NCBI GenBank assembly: GCA_963771355.1 | Contig: CAVYTA010000006.1 | Coordinates: 768,001 to 832,000 of the forward strand | Direction: 5' to 3' | DNA from: an uncultured Candidatus Rokubacteria bacterium | Lineage (GTDB): Bacteria > Methylomirabilota > Methylomirabilia > Rokubacteriales > CSP1-6 | DNA: 64,000 nt | Shown: piece by piece, positions 36,845-46,137 of the stretch | Layout of the letters: each line of letters begins with the position of its first letter | Position numbering within the stretch: the first letter of the stretch is position 1 | Notes under the pieces: generated by a model | Seen by the model: the letters and a program-made list of their open reading frames with translations, nothing else | Told to the model about the DNA's origin: nothing | Databases searched by the model: none | Translations under genes and position numbers: made by a program

Positions 36845-38725
36845 ATCAGGACGTTAACCGGCACTATTTACTGGGCCACCGGGGCGTACGCCGCTCTGGC
36901 CTCCGCCATTCACCTCTACACCGCGGGCTACGGAGTCTTCGAGCCGCGCATCCAGCGCTCGATGCATCTCCTCTTCCTCGTCCCGCTCGTCTTCCTGGCC
37001 TTCCCGTTCAACCAGAAGTCGCCTCGCCACCGGCCCAGCGGGCCGGACTGGATCTGGGCGACCATGGCCTGGCTCGGCAGCGCCTACCTCATCTGGGATC
37101 ACTCCCGGCTGGATCACCGCTGGGAGGGCGCCTCGCCGGTGCTCCCCGTCGAGGTCGTGCTGGGCTCGATGATGGCCGTGCTCATCATCGAGGGGTGCCG
37201 CCGCTCGCTGTCCCCCTGGATGGCGCTGACGATCTCGCTGTCCCTCGTCTACCTCGCCACCAGCCAGTGGATCCCGGGTCTCTTCAACTTCAAGGGCTAC
37301 ACCTTCCCCCGCATGGTCGAGTTCGTTTATCTCGCCGGCGACGAGGGGATGTACGGCTTTCTCACCGGTATCTCCGCGAACATCCTCTTCATCTACGTCC
37401 TCTTCGCCTCGGTGATGATGCGGGCCGGCGTCGGGGAGTGGGTGATCGACGTGGCGGTGGGCCTGGCCGGCTGGGCGCGCGGCGGCCCCGCCAAGATCGC
37501 GGTGATCGGCTCCGCGCTGTTCGGGACCATCTCGGGCTCGACGGTGGCCAATGTCTACGCCACCGGCTCCTTCACCATCCCGCTCATGAAGAAGGGCGGC
37601 TACTCGGCCAAGAACGCCGCCGCCATCGAGGCCATCGCGGGCACCGGGGGCCAGATCATGCCGCCGGTGATGGGCGCGGGCGTCTTCATCATGGCGGAGA
37701 TCACCGGCATCTCCTACTTCGAGATCATCAAGGCCGCCGCCATCCCCGCCATCCTCTACTACACCGGCCTCTTCGCCATGGTCCATTTCCTCGCCCTCCG
37801 CTACGGAGTGCAGGCGGTCCCGCTGAGCGAACGACCCTCGTGGCGCCCGGTGCTCCGGCGGGGCTACTTCGCGATCCCGTTCGTGATGATCGTCTATCTC
37901 CTCGCCGAGGGGTACTCGCCCACGGGCGCCGCCTTCTACACCATCGTGGTCACCTTCGTCCTGTCCTTCTTCGACCGCTCGACCTGGATGACCCCGCGCA
38001 AGTGCTGGCACGCGCTCGTCGAGGCGGCCTTCAGCGCCGCCACCATCGCGGTGGCGCTGGCGGGCTCGGGCATGATTGTCGGAGTGCTCACGCGCACCGG
38101 CGCGGCGCTGGCCTTCGGCGGCACCGTGGTCAACTGGGCCGGGGGCATCCTGCTCGTCGCCATGGTCCTGGTCTTCCTGGTGGTCTCGGTGCTCGGCACC
38201 GGCATCCCCACCACCGCCGCCTATGTGATCGCGGTGACGGTGGGCGCGGCGGCCCTGGGAAATCTCGGCGTGAGTCTCCTCGCCGCCCACCTCTTCGTCT
38301 TCTACTACGCGGTGCTCTCCGACCTCACCCCGCCCGATGCCGTCACCGCCTTCGCCGCCGCCAATATCGCGGGGGCGGACATGTTCGCCACGGGCATCGA
38401 GGCTTTCCGTCTCGGCATCGCGGGCTTCCTGGTGCCCTTCGCCTTCGTCTTCCACCCCGAGCTCCTGCTCAGGGGTGACTGGGGTCAGATCCTCCTCATG
38501 TCGGCCTTCGCCGCGGTCTCCGCCACCGCCCTGGCCTCGATGGTAGTGGGGCATGGCTGGGGCCCGCTCGGCTGGGGATTGCGGGGCATCTGCCTCGTCT
38601 CCGCCTCCATGCTGGTGATGCGGGCGCTCGCCTTCCAGGTCGCGGGGCTGGTCCTCTATGCGGCCGTGCTCGGCTGGGGCGCCTGGAGCCGCCGCGGCGA
38701 GCGCGCCCCCGTCACGGCCGCCTGA
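36845..38725 (+). CDS. TRAP transporter fused 4TM/12TM permease
   Basis: GGPAKIAV, GTISGSTVANV, GGQIMPPVMGA, GIPTTAAY, LTPP. Frame open from ATC 36845 (IRTLTG...YTAGYG...QRSMHL); start codon uncertain. Confidence 0.9.
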   Translation: MRTLTGTIYWATGAYAALASAIHLYTAGYGVFEPRIQRSMHLLFLVPLVFLAFPFNQKSPRHRPSGPDWIWATMAWLGSAYLIWDHSRLDHRWEGASPVLPVEVVLGSMMAVLIIEGCRRSLSPWMALTISLSLVYLATSQWIPGLFNFKGYTFPRMVEFVYLAGDEGMYGFLTGISANILFIYVLFASVMMRAGVGEWVIDVAVGLAGWARGGPAKIAVIGSALFGTISGSTVANVYATGSFTIPLMKKGGYSAKNAAAIEAIAGTGGQIMPPVMGAGVFIMAEITGISYFEIIKAAAIPAILYYTGLFAMVHFLALRYGVQAVPLSERPSWRPVLRRGYFAIPFVMIVYLLAEGYSPTGAAFYTIVVTFVLSFFDRSTWMTPRKCWHALVEAAFSAATIAVALAGSGMIVGVLTRTGAALAFGGTVVNWAGGILLVAMVLVFLVVSVLGTGIPTTAAYVIAVTVGAAALGNLGVSLLAAHLFVFYYAVLSDLTPPDAVTAFAAANIAGADMFATGIEAFRLGIAGFLVPFAFVFHPELLLRGDWGQILLMSAFAAVSATALASMVVGHGWGPLGWGLRGICLVSASMLVMRALAFQVAGLVLYAAVLGWGAWSRRGERAPVTAA

Positions 38726-39113
38726 GGCGCTCGAGCAGGACGGCGTCCGCGGGGGGAAACTCGTAGCGACCGAGCTCGGCCGGCGCCGCCCACGCCATCT
38801 CCTGACCCTCGAGGGGGCGCGGCTCGCCCTCGATGGCGCAGCGGAAGAACTCGATCCGGACGTGCATGTCCGGATAGTGCCACTCGACGACCTCCACCGG
38901 CTCCCCCACGGTGGCGGACACCCCCAGCTCCTCGCGGATCTCGCGGGCCAGCGCCTCGCGGTCGGTCTCTCCGGGCAGCGCCTTGCCGCCCGGGAACTCC
39001 CAGAAGCCGGCCAGATGCGAGCCCGCCGGACGCCGCGTGATGAGGATCTTGCCATCGCGCTCGATCACCGCGGCCACCACCGCGATGGCGCGGATCGGGT
39101 CGACCGGGTCCAT
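38712..39113 (-). CDS. mutT: MutT-like NUDIX hydrolase
   Basis: WEFPGGKALPGETDREALAREIREELG Nudix box, FPPAD; TGATG-coupled to mutY. Confidence 0.82.
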   Translation of the reverse strand: MDPVDPIRAIAVVAAVIERDGKILITRRPAGSHLAGFWEFPGGKALPGETDREALAREIREELGVSATVGEPVEVVEWHYPDMHVRIEFFRCAIEGEPRPLEGQEMAWAAPAELGRYEFPPADAVLLERLRRP

Positions 39114-39805
39114 CAGGGGCGGCGGCGCCGGCGCGCGGCGGTCGTGGGGTAGCTCCGGCAGAACCCGCGCATGGGACACGGCCGGCAGCGAGGCGATCGC
39201 GCGGTGCACCACGTGGCGCCGAAGTCCATCAGCGCCTGATTCCAGTCATAGGCGCGTCCGGCGGGCAGCACCGCCGCGGAGAGATCCCACATGGTCTTCT
39301 GGCCGCGCAGGCGGGCCAGGCGCCGCGGCCCGAGCAGGATGCGACCCAGCACCCGGCGCACATTGGTGTCCACGATGCAGGCGTCGCGATCGAAAGCAAA
39401 GGAAAGCACCGCCCCCGCGGTATAGCGACCGATGCCGCGCATGCTCCGTAGGGCGGCGGCGTCGTCGGGGAGCCGCCCCGCGTACCGCGCGAGCGTCTCC
39501 CGGGCGATGCCCTGGAGGTTCACCGGCCTGATGTTGTAGCCCAGGGGGTACCAGGTACGTGTCACCTCCGCGGTGTCGGCCTGGGCGAGATGGACGAGGG
39601 TGGGATAGCGGCCGAGGAACTCGTGGTACTTGGGAATGACCCGCTCCACCTGCGTCTGCTGCAGCATGATCTCCGAGACGAGGATGTGATAGGGATCGCG
39701 GGTCTCGCGCCAGGGCAAGGGACGCCGGTGCCGCGCGTACCACACCAGCAGCCGGCGCTGGAAGCGGCGGCGCAGAGCAGGGGCGACGCGTATCGGCGCG
39801 GGCAC
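39113..39805 (-). CDS. mutY: A/G-specific adenine glycosylase, short form (catalytic domain only)
   Basis: RPLPWRET, SEIMLQQTQV, LGY, GIGRYTAGA, VDTNVRRV, NQALMDFGATWC...PRCRPCPMRGFC. Confidence 0.9.
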   Translation of the reverse strand: MPAPIRVAPALRRRFQRRLLVWYARHRRPLPWRETRDPYHILVSEIMLQQTQVERVIPKYHEFLGRYPTLVHLAQADTAEVTRTWYPLGYNIRPVNLQGIARETLARYAGRLPDDAAALRSMRGIGRYTAGAVLSFAFDRDACIVDTNVRRVLGRILLGPRRLARLRGQKTMWDLSAAVLPAGRAYDWNQALMDFGATWCTARSPRCRPCPMRGFCRSYPTTAARRRRRP

Positions 39806-39811
39806 GGCGGC

Positions 39812-39870
39812 ATTCTGACGGACTCCGCGCAGGGCCGCAAGTTGACTTCCTCACTGCGGCCGACAACAAT
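39812..39870. promoter_or_regulatory. Back-to-back divergent sigma70-type promoters (mutY and ygfZ), leaderless geometry
   Basis: Minus strand TTGCGG-17-CAGAAT-6-GTG(39805); plus strand TTGACT-17-AACAAT-6-ATG(39877). Confidence 0.6.
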
Positions 39871-39876
39871 GACGCC

Positions 39877-40863
39877 ATGCCCCTCCCGCCGCTCGCCGAG
39901 CAGTATCGTGCCGTCCGCGAGGGCGCCGGGCTGCGCGACCGCTCCGATCTCGGCAAGGCCGAGGTCGAGGGACGGGACCGGGCGAGCTTCCTCCAGGGCA
40001 TGCTGAGCAATGACGTGAAGGGGCTGGCCCCCGGTCAGGGCTGCGCCGCCGCCTTCCTCGACGCCCACGGCAAGGTGATGGCGCTGCTCCGCGTCTACGC
40101 GCTTGCCGACCGCCTGCTGCTCGAGCTGCCGCCCCGGCTCACCGAGAAGACCTTGCAGCTGCTCGACAAGTACCTCATCTCGGAGAAGGTCTCCTTCGAG
40201 CCGATGGACGAGGCGTACGCCGTGCTGTCCCTGCAGGGGCCACGGGCGCAGGCGCTACTGGAGGGTCTCGCCGGCGGACCCCTGGCCGCGGAGCCGCATG
40301 CCCACGCCGAGGCCACCCTCGGCGGAGTCCGGGCGCGGGTAGTTCAACGCTCCGAGTTCGGAGCGTGGCCCGGCTTCTTCCTCTGGGTGGCTCCGGACGA
40401 GTCGCCGGCGCTCACGCGGGTCCTGCTCGAGGCGGGCGCGCGGCCCGTCGACGACGAGACGGCCGAGGTCCTCCGCGTGGAAGGCGGCGAGCCCGTTTTC
40501 GGAATAGACGTGGACGACACGGTGCTGCTGCCGGAGCTCCGCCGCGAGGACCTCATCAGCTATACCAAGGGTTGCTATATCGGTCAGGAGCTGGTGGCAC
40601 GGGTGAAGTACCGCGGCCATGTCAACCGCGCGCTCGCCGGGCTGTGCCTCGAGGGGGAGACGGTGGCCCGGCCGGGCGCCCCCGTGATGGCGGAAGGCAA
40701 GGAGATCGGCCGCGTCACCTCATCCGTGCGCTCCCTCGCGCTCGGCTTCCCCATCGCGCTGGCCTATGTCCGCCGCGAGCACCTCGAGCCGGGCACTCCG
40801 GTGGCCGTCGGCGCCGACGCTCCGCTCATCCCCGCGCGGGTCGCCGCGCTCCCGTTCGCTTAG
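39877..40863 (+). CDS. ygfZ: Folate-binding protein YgfZ (GcvT-like)
   Basis: GRDRASFLQGMLSND and the KGCYIGQE signature. Confidence 0.88.
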   Translation: MPLPPLAEQYRAVREGAGLRDRSDLGKAEVEGRDRASFLQGMLSNDVKGLAPGQGCAAAFLDAHGKVMALLRVYALADRLLLELPPRLTEKTLQLLDKYLISEKVSFEPMDEAYAVLSLQGPRAQALLEGLAGGPLAAEPHAHAEATLGGVRARVVQRSEFGAWPGFFLWVAPDESPALTRVLLEAGARPVDDETAEVLRVEGGEPVFGIDVDDTVLLPELRREDLISYTKGCYIGQELVARVKYRGHVNRALAGLCLEGETVARPGAPVMAEGKEIGRVTSSVRSLALGFPIALAYVRREHLEPGTPVAVGADAPLIPARVAALPFA

Positions 40864-40881
40864 CCAGCCGGGAAAACGCCC

Positions 40882-42948
40882 GTGACCGAGAATCGGCTCG
40901 CCCGCGAGACCAGTCCGTATCTCCTCCAGCACGCCCACAACCCGGTGGACTGGTACCCGTGGGGCGGGGAAGCCTTCGAGCGCGCGCGCCGCGAAGACCG
41001 TCCGCTGCTGGTGTCCGTCGGCTACTCCGCCTGTCACTGGTGTCACGTGATGGAGCGCGAGTCCTTCGAGAACCCCGCCATCGCCGGCCTCATGAACGAG
41101 CTCTTCGTCAACGTGAAGGTGGATCGCGAGGAGCGGCCCGACGTGGACCAGATCTACATGCAGGCGGTGCAGGCGCTCACGGGTCACGGCGGCTGGCCCA
41201 TGACGGTGTTCCTCACCCCGGAGGGCGTGCCCTTCTACGGCGGCACCTACTTCCCCCCGGAAGAGCGCCACGGCATGCCTGCTTTTCCGCGGGTGCTGCA
41301 GGGGGTGGCCGAGGCCTATCGCTCGCGCCGCGGAGACGTGGCGGAGTCGGGACGGCAGCTCCTCGAGCAGATGCGCCAGAGCGAGGGGCTCCGGGCTTCC
41401 GCCACCGTCCTGACCGACGACATCCTGTTCAACGCCTTCCAGGGCGTTTCCCAGCACTTCGACGAGCGGGAGGGCGGCACCTCCGGCGCCCCCAAGTTTC
41501 CCCAGCCCATGATCTGGGACTCGGTGCTGCGCTTCTGGGCGCGCAGCAAGAACCCCCGCGCGCTGGACATGGTGCGCCTCACCCTCACGCGCATGGCCCG
41601 GGGCGGCATGTACGATCAGCTCGGGGGCGGCTTTCACCGCTACTCGGTGGACGCCCAGTGGCTGGTGCCGCACTTCGAGAAGATGCTCTATGACAATGCC
41701 CAGCTCGCGCGCCTCTACCTCCACGCCTGGCTGGCCACCGGCGATGCGGAGTACCGGCGGGTCACCGAGGAGACGCTCGACTACGTGCTGCGCGAGATGA
41801 CACATCCCTCGGGCGGATTCTTTTCCGCCCAGGACGCGGACTCCGAAGGCGTGGAAGGCAAGTTCTTCGTCTGGACCCCCGAGGAGATTCGCGCGCTGAT
41901 CCCGGATGGGGAGACGGCGGAGGCGGCGCTCGCCTTCTGGGGCGTGGCGGACGGGCCGAACTTCGAAGGCCACAGCATCCTGCACGTGCCGCGCGAGCCC
42001 GCCCAGGTGGCCGAGCGGCTCGGCATCTCCATGGAACGCCTGGCCGAGCACATCGCCCGCGCCCGCGGGATCCTCCTCGCGGCTCGCGAGGGGCGCGTGC
42101 ACCCGGGTCTCGACAACAAGGTGCTGGCCGCCTGGAACGGGCTCATGCTCACCGCCTTCGCGGAGGCGGGCCGCGCGCTGGGACGGCCGGACTATCTCGG
42201 CGCCGCCACGCGCAGCGCCGACTTTCTCACCTCCCAGATGGTGGTGAACGGCCGCCTCCATCGCTCCTGGAAGGACGGCCGGCCGCACATCCTCGGCTAT
42301 CTCGAGGACCACGCCATGGTCGGCGCGGGGCTGCTCGACGCCTACGAGGCGACCTTCGACCGGCGCTGGCTGGACCGCTCGCGCGCGCTCGCCGAGGAGG
42401 CGCTGCGGCTGTTCTGGGACGAGGCGCGGGAGGCCTTCTTCGACACCGGCTCCGACCAGGAGGCCCTGGTCGTCCGGCCCCGAAGCCTCTTCGACAATGC
42501 GCTGCCGAGCGGCACCTCGGTAGCCATCGAGTGGCTGCTCCGGCTCGCCGCGCACCTCGGCGACGAGCGCTACGAGCGGCAAGCGCTCCGCGCGCTTCGG
42601 CCCATGGCGGACCTCATGCGGCGCCACCCCACGGGGTTCGGGCGGTACCTCGCCGCGCTGGACTTCCATCTGGGGCCGGTGCCGGAGATCGCGCTGGTCT
42701 GGCCCGCCGGCCCGGGCGGCACGGCCGCCGCGGCGCCCCTGCTGGCCAAGATCTTCGGGCGGTATCTCCCGAATCGCGTGGTGGCGGGGATGGCGGAGGG
42801 AGCCACGGAGGCGGCGGCGCTGCCGCTCCTCGCCGGCAAGCGCGCCGAGGCCGGTCGAGCCACCGCCTACCTCTGCCGGAAGTATGTGTGCCAGACACCC
42901 ACGTCGGACCCCGATGCACTCGCCCGCCAGCTTGACGCTGGGGTATAA
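40882..42948 (+). CDS. Thioredoxin-domain protein, YyaL/DUF255 family
   Basis: [51 protein letters not shown]. Confidence 0.94.
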   Translation: MTENRLARETSPYLLQHAHNPVDWYPWGGEAFERARREDRPLLVSVGYSACHWCHVMERESFENPAIAGLMNELFVNVKVDREERPDVDQIYMQAVQALTGHGGWPMTVFLTPEGVPFYGGTYFPPEERHGMPAFPRVLQGVAEAYRSRRGDVAESGRQLLEQMRQSEGLRASATVLTDDILFNAFQGVSQHFDEREGGTSGAPKFPQPMIWDSVLRFWARSKNPRALDMVRLTLTRMARGGMYDQLGGGFHRYSVDAQWLVPHFEKMLYDNAQLARLYLHAWLATGDAEYRRVTEETLDYVLREMTHPSGGFFSAQDADSEGVEGKFFVWTPEEIRALIPDGETAEAALAFWGVADGPNFEGHSILHVPREPAQVAERLGISMERLAEHIARARGILLAAREGRVHPGLDNKVLAAWNGLMLTAFAEAGRALGRPDYLGAATRSADFLTSQMVVNGRLHRSWKDGRPHILGYLEDHAMVGAGLLDAYEATFDRRWLDRSRALAEEALRLFWDEAREAFFDTGSDQEALVVRPRSLFDNALPSGTSVAIEWLLRLAAHLGDERYERQALRALRPMADLMRRHPTGFGRYLAALDFHLGPVPEIALVWPAGPGGTAAAAPLLAKIFGRYLPNRVVAGMAEGATEAAALPLLAGKRAEAGRATAYLCRKYVCQTPTSDPDALARQLDAGV

Positions 42949-42954
42949 TTCGGC

Positions 42955-43046
42955 AGCGACGCGGGGGGAGGTTTCCTGAGAACCGGGTGCGGCCCGGGAC
43001 CCCTCGAACCTGATCTGGATAATCCCAGCGAAGGGAACGCGGCGCG
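42955..43046 (+). ncRNA. TPP riboswitch
   Basis: GGGG...CTGAGA...ACCC.TCGAACCTGATCTGGATAATCCCAGCGAAGGGAA core upstream of thiSGE; TATAAT -10 just before it. Confidence 0.93.
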
Positions 43047-43060
43047 ACCGTCGCACTCCG

Positions 43061-43092
43061 ACCGCACCCGGTGAGGTGCGGTTTTTTGTTTT
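43061..43092 (+). terminator. Intrinsic terminator (riboswitch expression platform)
   Basis: ACCGCACC-cggtga-GGTGCGGT followed by TTTTTGTTTT. Confidence 0.88.
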
Positions 43093-43102
43093 CGGGGACG
43101 CG

Positions 43103-43303
43103 ATGACCGTCAACGTGAATGGCCAGGCGATGGAGCTGCCGGACGGGCTCACCGTCGAGGGTCTGCTCGGCCACCTCAAGGTCCGCCGCGAGTTCACCGC
43201 GGTGGCGCTCAACCGGGAGGTCTGGCCGCGCGCCCGCTACGCCGACACCGTGCTCAAGGACGGGGACAAGGTCGAGATCGTGCGCCCGATGGGAGGAGGA
43301 TGA
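43103..43303 (+). CDS. thiS: Sulfur carrier protein ThiS
   Basis: MTVNVNG...AVALNREV...[13 protein letters not shown]. Confidence 0.95.
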   Translation: MTVNVNGQAMELPDGLTVEGLLGHLKVRREFTAVALNREVWPRARYADTVLKDGDKVEIVRPMGGG

Positions 43304-43307
43304 CGTC

Positions 43308-44093
43308 ATGTACGACACATCACTGTGGCTCGGGGGCAAGGAGTTCAAGTCCCGGCTCATCGTGGGCACGGGCAAGTATCCCTCGTTCGAGAACATGCGC
43401 GAGGCGATCGAGGCGTCCGGCGCGGAGATCGTCACCGTGGCGGTCCGCCGCGTGAGCCTGCCGGGGCAGGGGGAGTCGCTCCTCGACTATATCGACACCA
43501 AGCGCTACACCCTCTTGCCCAACACCGCGGGGTGCTACACCGCGGACGAGGCGGTACGCACCTGCTATCTCGCCCGCGAGGCCGGCCTCGGCACCCTGGT
43601 CAAGCTGGAGGTCATCGGCGACTCGCGCACCCTCTTTCCCGACACCCTCGGGCTGCTCGAGGCCACCAGGACGCTCGCCCGCGAGGGATTCAGCGTCCTG
43701 CCCTATACCAACGACGACCCCGTGACCTGCAAGAAGCTCGAGGACGCGGGCGCCGCCGCGGTCATGCCGCTGGGAGCACCCATCGGCTCCGGGCTCGGTA
43801 TCCGCAACCCGTACAACCTCAAGCTCGTCCTCGAGGCGGTGACGGTGCCGGTGATCGTGGACGCGGGCGTGGGCACGGCGTCGGATGCCGCCATCGCCAT
43901 GGAGCTCGGGTGCGACGGAGTCCTCATGAATACCGCCATCGCCGGCGCCAAGGATCCCGTGGCCATGGCCACCGCCATGCGACTCGCGGTGGAGGCGGGA
44001 CGGCTGGCCTTCAAGGCCGGGCGCATCGGCAAGAAGCTCTACGCCACCGCCTCCTCGCCCATCGAGGGGGTGCCCGACTGGAGCACGAGCTGA
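43308..44093 (+). CDS. thiG: Thiazole synthase
   Basis: [47 protein letters not shown]. Confidence 0.96.
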   Translation: MYDTSLWLGGKEFKSRLIVGTGKYPSFENMREAIEASGAEIVTVAVRRVSLPGQGESLLDYIDTKRYTLLPNTAGCYTADEAVRTCYLAREAGLGTLVKLEVIGDSRTLFPDTLGLLEATRTLAREGFSVLPYTNDDPVTCKKLEDAGAAAVMPLGAPIGSGLGIRNPYNLKLVLEAVTVPVIVDAGVGTASDAAIAMELGCDGVLMNTAIAGAKDPVAMATAMRLAVEAGRLAFKAGRIGKKLYATASSPIEGVPDWSTS

Positions 44094-44719
44094 GCGAGAG
44101 CCCCGGTTTCGCGCTGCTCCTCGTGACGGACCGTCAGCAGTCCACGAGGCCGCTGCCCGAGGTGGTGGAGGAGTGCCTCGAGGGAGGGCTCCGGGCCGTG
44201 CAGCTCCGGGAGAAGGACCTGGCCGTTCGCCCGCTGCTGGAGCTGGCTACCTCGCTCCGCGAGTCCACCCGACGCCGTCAGGCGCGCCTGCTCATCAACG
44301 ACCGCGCGGATGTGGCCCTGGCGGTGGCGGCGGACGGCGTGCAGCGGACCCACCAGTCATTGCCGGTTTCCGTCATGCGCGCGGTCGGCGGTCCCCGGTT
44401 CGTGGTGGGCGCCTCCGTTCACTCCGTCGAGGAGGCGCGGACCGCAGCCACCGAGGGCGCGGACTTCATCGTCTTCGGTCCGATCTGGGACACACCCTCC
44501 AAGCGGCCCTTTGGTCCGCCTCAAGGCCTCGAGGCTCTGCGCCGGGTGACTGCCGCCGTCGCGACCCCGGTGCTCGCCATCGGCGGGATCAGCGCGGCAC
44601 GCGTCCGGGACGTGCTCGCGGCCGGCGCCGTCGGGGTAGCGGTGATCTCTGCCATCCTGGCCGCTCCGCGGCCCGCGGAGGCTACGCGGGCTTTCCTCGA
44701 CGCCCTGGGCCGCGCGTGA
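44090..44719 (+). CDS. thiE: Thiamine phosphate synthase
   Basis: [37 protein letters not shown]; apparent CTG start overlapping the thiG TGA. Confidence 0.9.
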   Translation: MSESPGFALLLVTDRQQSTRPLPEVVEECLEGGLRAVQLREKDLAVRPLLELATSLRESTRRRQARLLINDRADVALAVAADGVQRTHQSLPVSVMRAVGGPRFVVGASVHSVEEARTAATEGADFIVFGPIWDTPSKRPFGPPQGLEALRRVTAAVATPVLAIGGISAARVRDVLAAGAVGVAVISAILAAPRPAEATRAFLDALGRA

Positions 44720-44780
44720 TGGCAGCGCGCGTACCCGGCGCCGCGCCCTTGCGACTGTCGCCACCACGAAAGGATGCGCC

Positions 44781-46118
44781 ATGACCACCGCCGCCGCGTT
44801 GAAGCAGAGCATCTGTGAGGCCATCGACCGCAATGCCGACAAGATCATCGGGATCGGCGAGACCATACGCCGGCATCCGGAGCTCGGCTTCAAGGAGTTC
44901 AAGACGGCGAGGCTGGTCGAGGAGACACTGAGCGGGCTGGGGCTCGCGGCCAAGGGGGGACTGGCGATCACCGGCGTCCGCGCCGAGGCCCGGGGCGGGA
45001 AGGACGGGCCGACCTTCGCGCTGCTCGGCGAGCTGGACGCCCTCGTCGTGGCCGGGCATCCGGTGGCCGACCCGCAGACCGGCGCCGCTCATGCCTGCGG
45101 CCACAACGCCCAGGTGGCGGGACTCCTCGGGGCGGCGATGGGGCTCGCCGGAGCCAAGGCCTTCGAGCACCTGGCCGGGCGGGTCGTCTTCTTCGCGGTG
45201 CCCGCCGAGGAATACGGGGACGTGGAGTGGCGCGTGCAGCAGGCGCGCGAGGGCCGGCTCGAGTTCCTCGGCGGCAAGCCCGAGCTGCTCCGCCTCGGGC
45301 ACTTCGACGACGTGGACCTCGCCATGATGATCCACACGACCCCTCAGCCGGAGATGAAGAAGGCGGGCGTCTCCGCCTCCAACAACGGCTGCATCGTGAA
45401 GACCGTCCGGTACATCGGCCGCGCCTCGCACGCCGGCGGCGCGCCCCACCTCGGCATCAATGCGCTCTACGCCGCCCATATCGGCCTGGCCGCGATCAAC
45501 GCCATCCGCGAGACCTTTCGCGACGAGGACTCCATTCGCGTCCACCCCATCATCACCCATGGCGGCAGCCAGGTGAACGTGATCCCGGGCGAGGTCCGCC
45601 TCGAGACCTATGTGCGCGGCAAGACGGTGGAGGCAATTCTCGACGCCAATGTCCGCGTGGACCGCGCCCTGCGCGCGGGGGCGCTGGCCCTGGGCGCCCA
45701 GGTCGAGATCGAGACCCTGCCGGGCTACCTGCCGCTCTTCAATCACGCGGGAATGGCGGACCGCTTCGCCGCGAATGCCCGGGCGCTGCTCGGCGAGGAC
45801 CAGGTGACGAGGACCGGGCACCGGAGCGGCTCCACCGACATGGGCGACATCTCGCACGTCATGCCGACGCTACATCCCTACATGGGCGGGGCCCAGGGCA
45901 GCGGGCACGGCGCCGACTATGCGATCGCCGACCCCCGGCTCGCCTATGTCGAGCCGGCCAAGCAGCTGGCGCTGATGGCGGTGGACATGCTGTACGGCAA
46001 CGCGGAAGGCGCGCGGGAAGTCCTCCGCGCGGAGAAGCCGCGCCTGACGAAAGAAGGCTATCTCGCCTTCCAGCGGAAGATCGCGAGGACCGAGCTCTTC
46101 GACGGCGCCAAGGCCTGA
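44781..46118 (+). CDS. M20 family amidohydrolase
   Basis: HPELGFKE, GELDA, HACGHN, PAEE, GSTDMGD. Confidence 0.9.
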   Translation: MTTAAALKQSICEAIDRNADKIIGIGETIRRHPELGFKEFKTARLVEETLSGLGLAAKGGLAITGVRAEARGGKDGPTFALLGELDALVVAGHPVADPQTGAAHACGHNAQVAGLLGAAMGLAGAKAFEHLAGRVVFFAVPAEEYGDVEWRVQQAREGRLEFLGGKPELLRLGHFDDVDLAMMIHTTPQPEMKKAGVSASNNGCIVKTVRYIGRASHAGGAPHLGINALYAAHIGLAAINAIRETFRDEDSIRVHPIITHGGSQVNVIPGEVRLETYVRGKTVEAILDANVRVDRALRAGALALGAQVEIETLPGYLPLFNHAGMADRFAANARALLGEDQVTRTGHRSGSTDMGDISHVMPTLHPYMGGAQGSGHGADYAIADPRLAYVEPAKQLALMAVDMLYGNAEGAREVLRAEKPRLTKEGYLAFQRKIARTELFDGAKA

Positions 46119-46137
46119 GCGGCCGGCCAGCCTTCTC

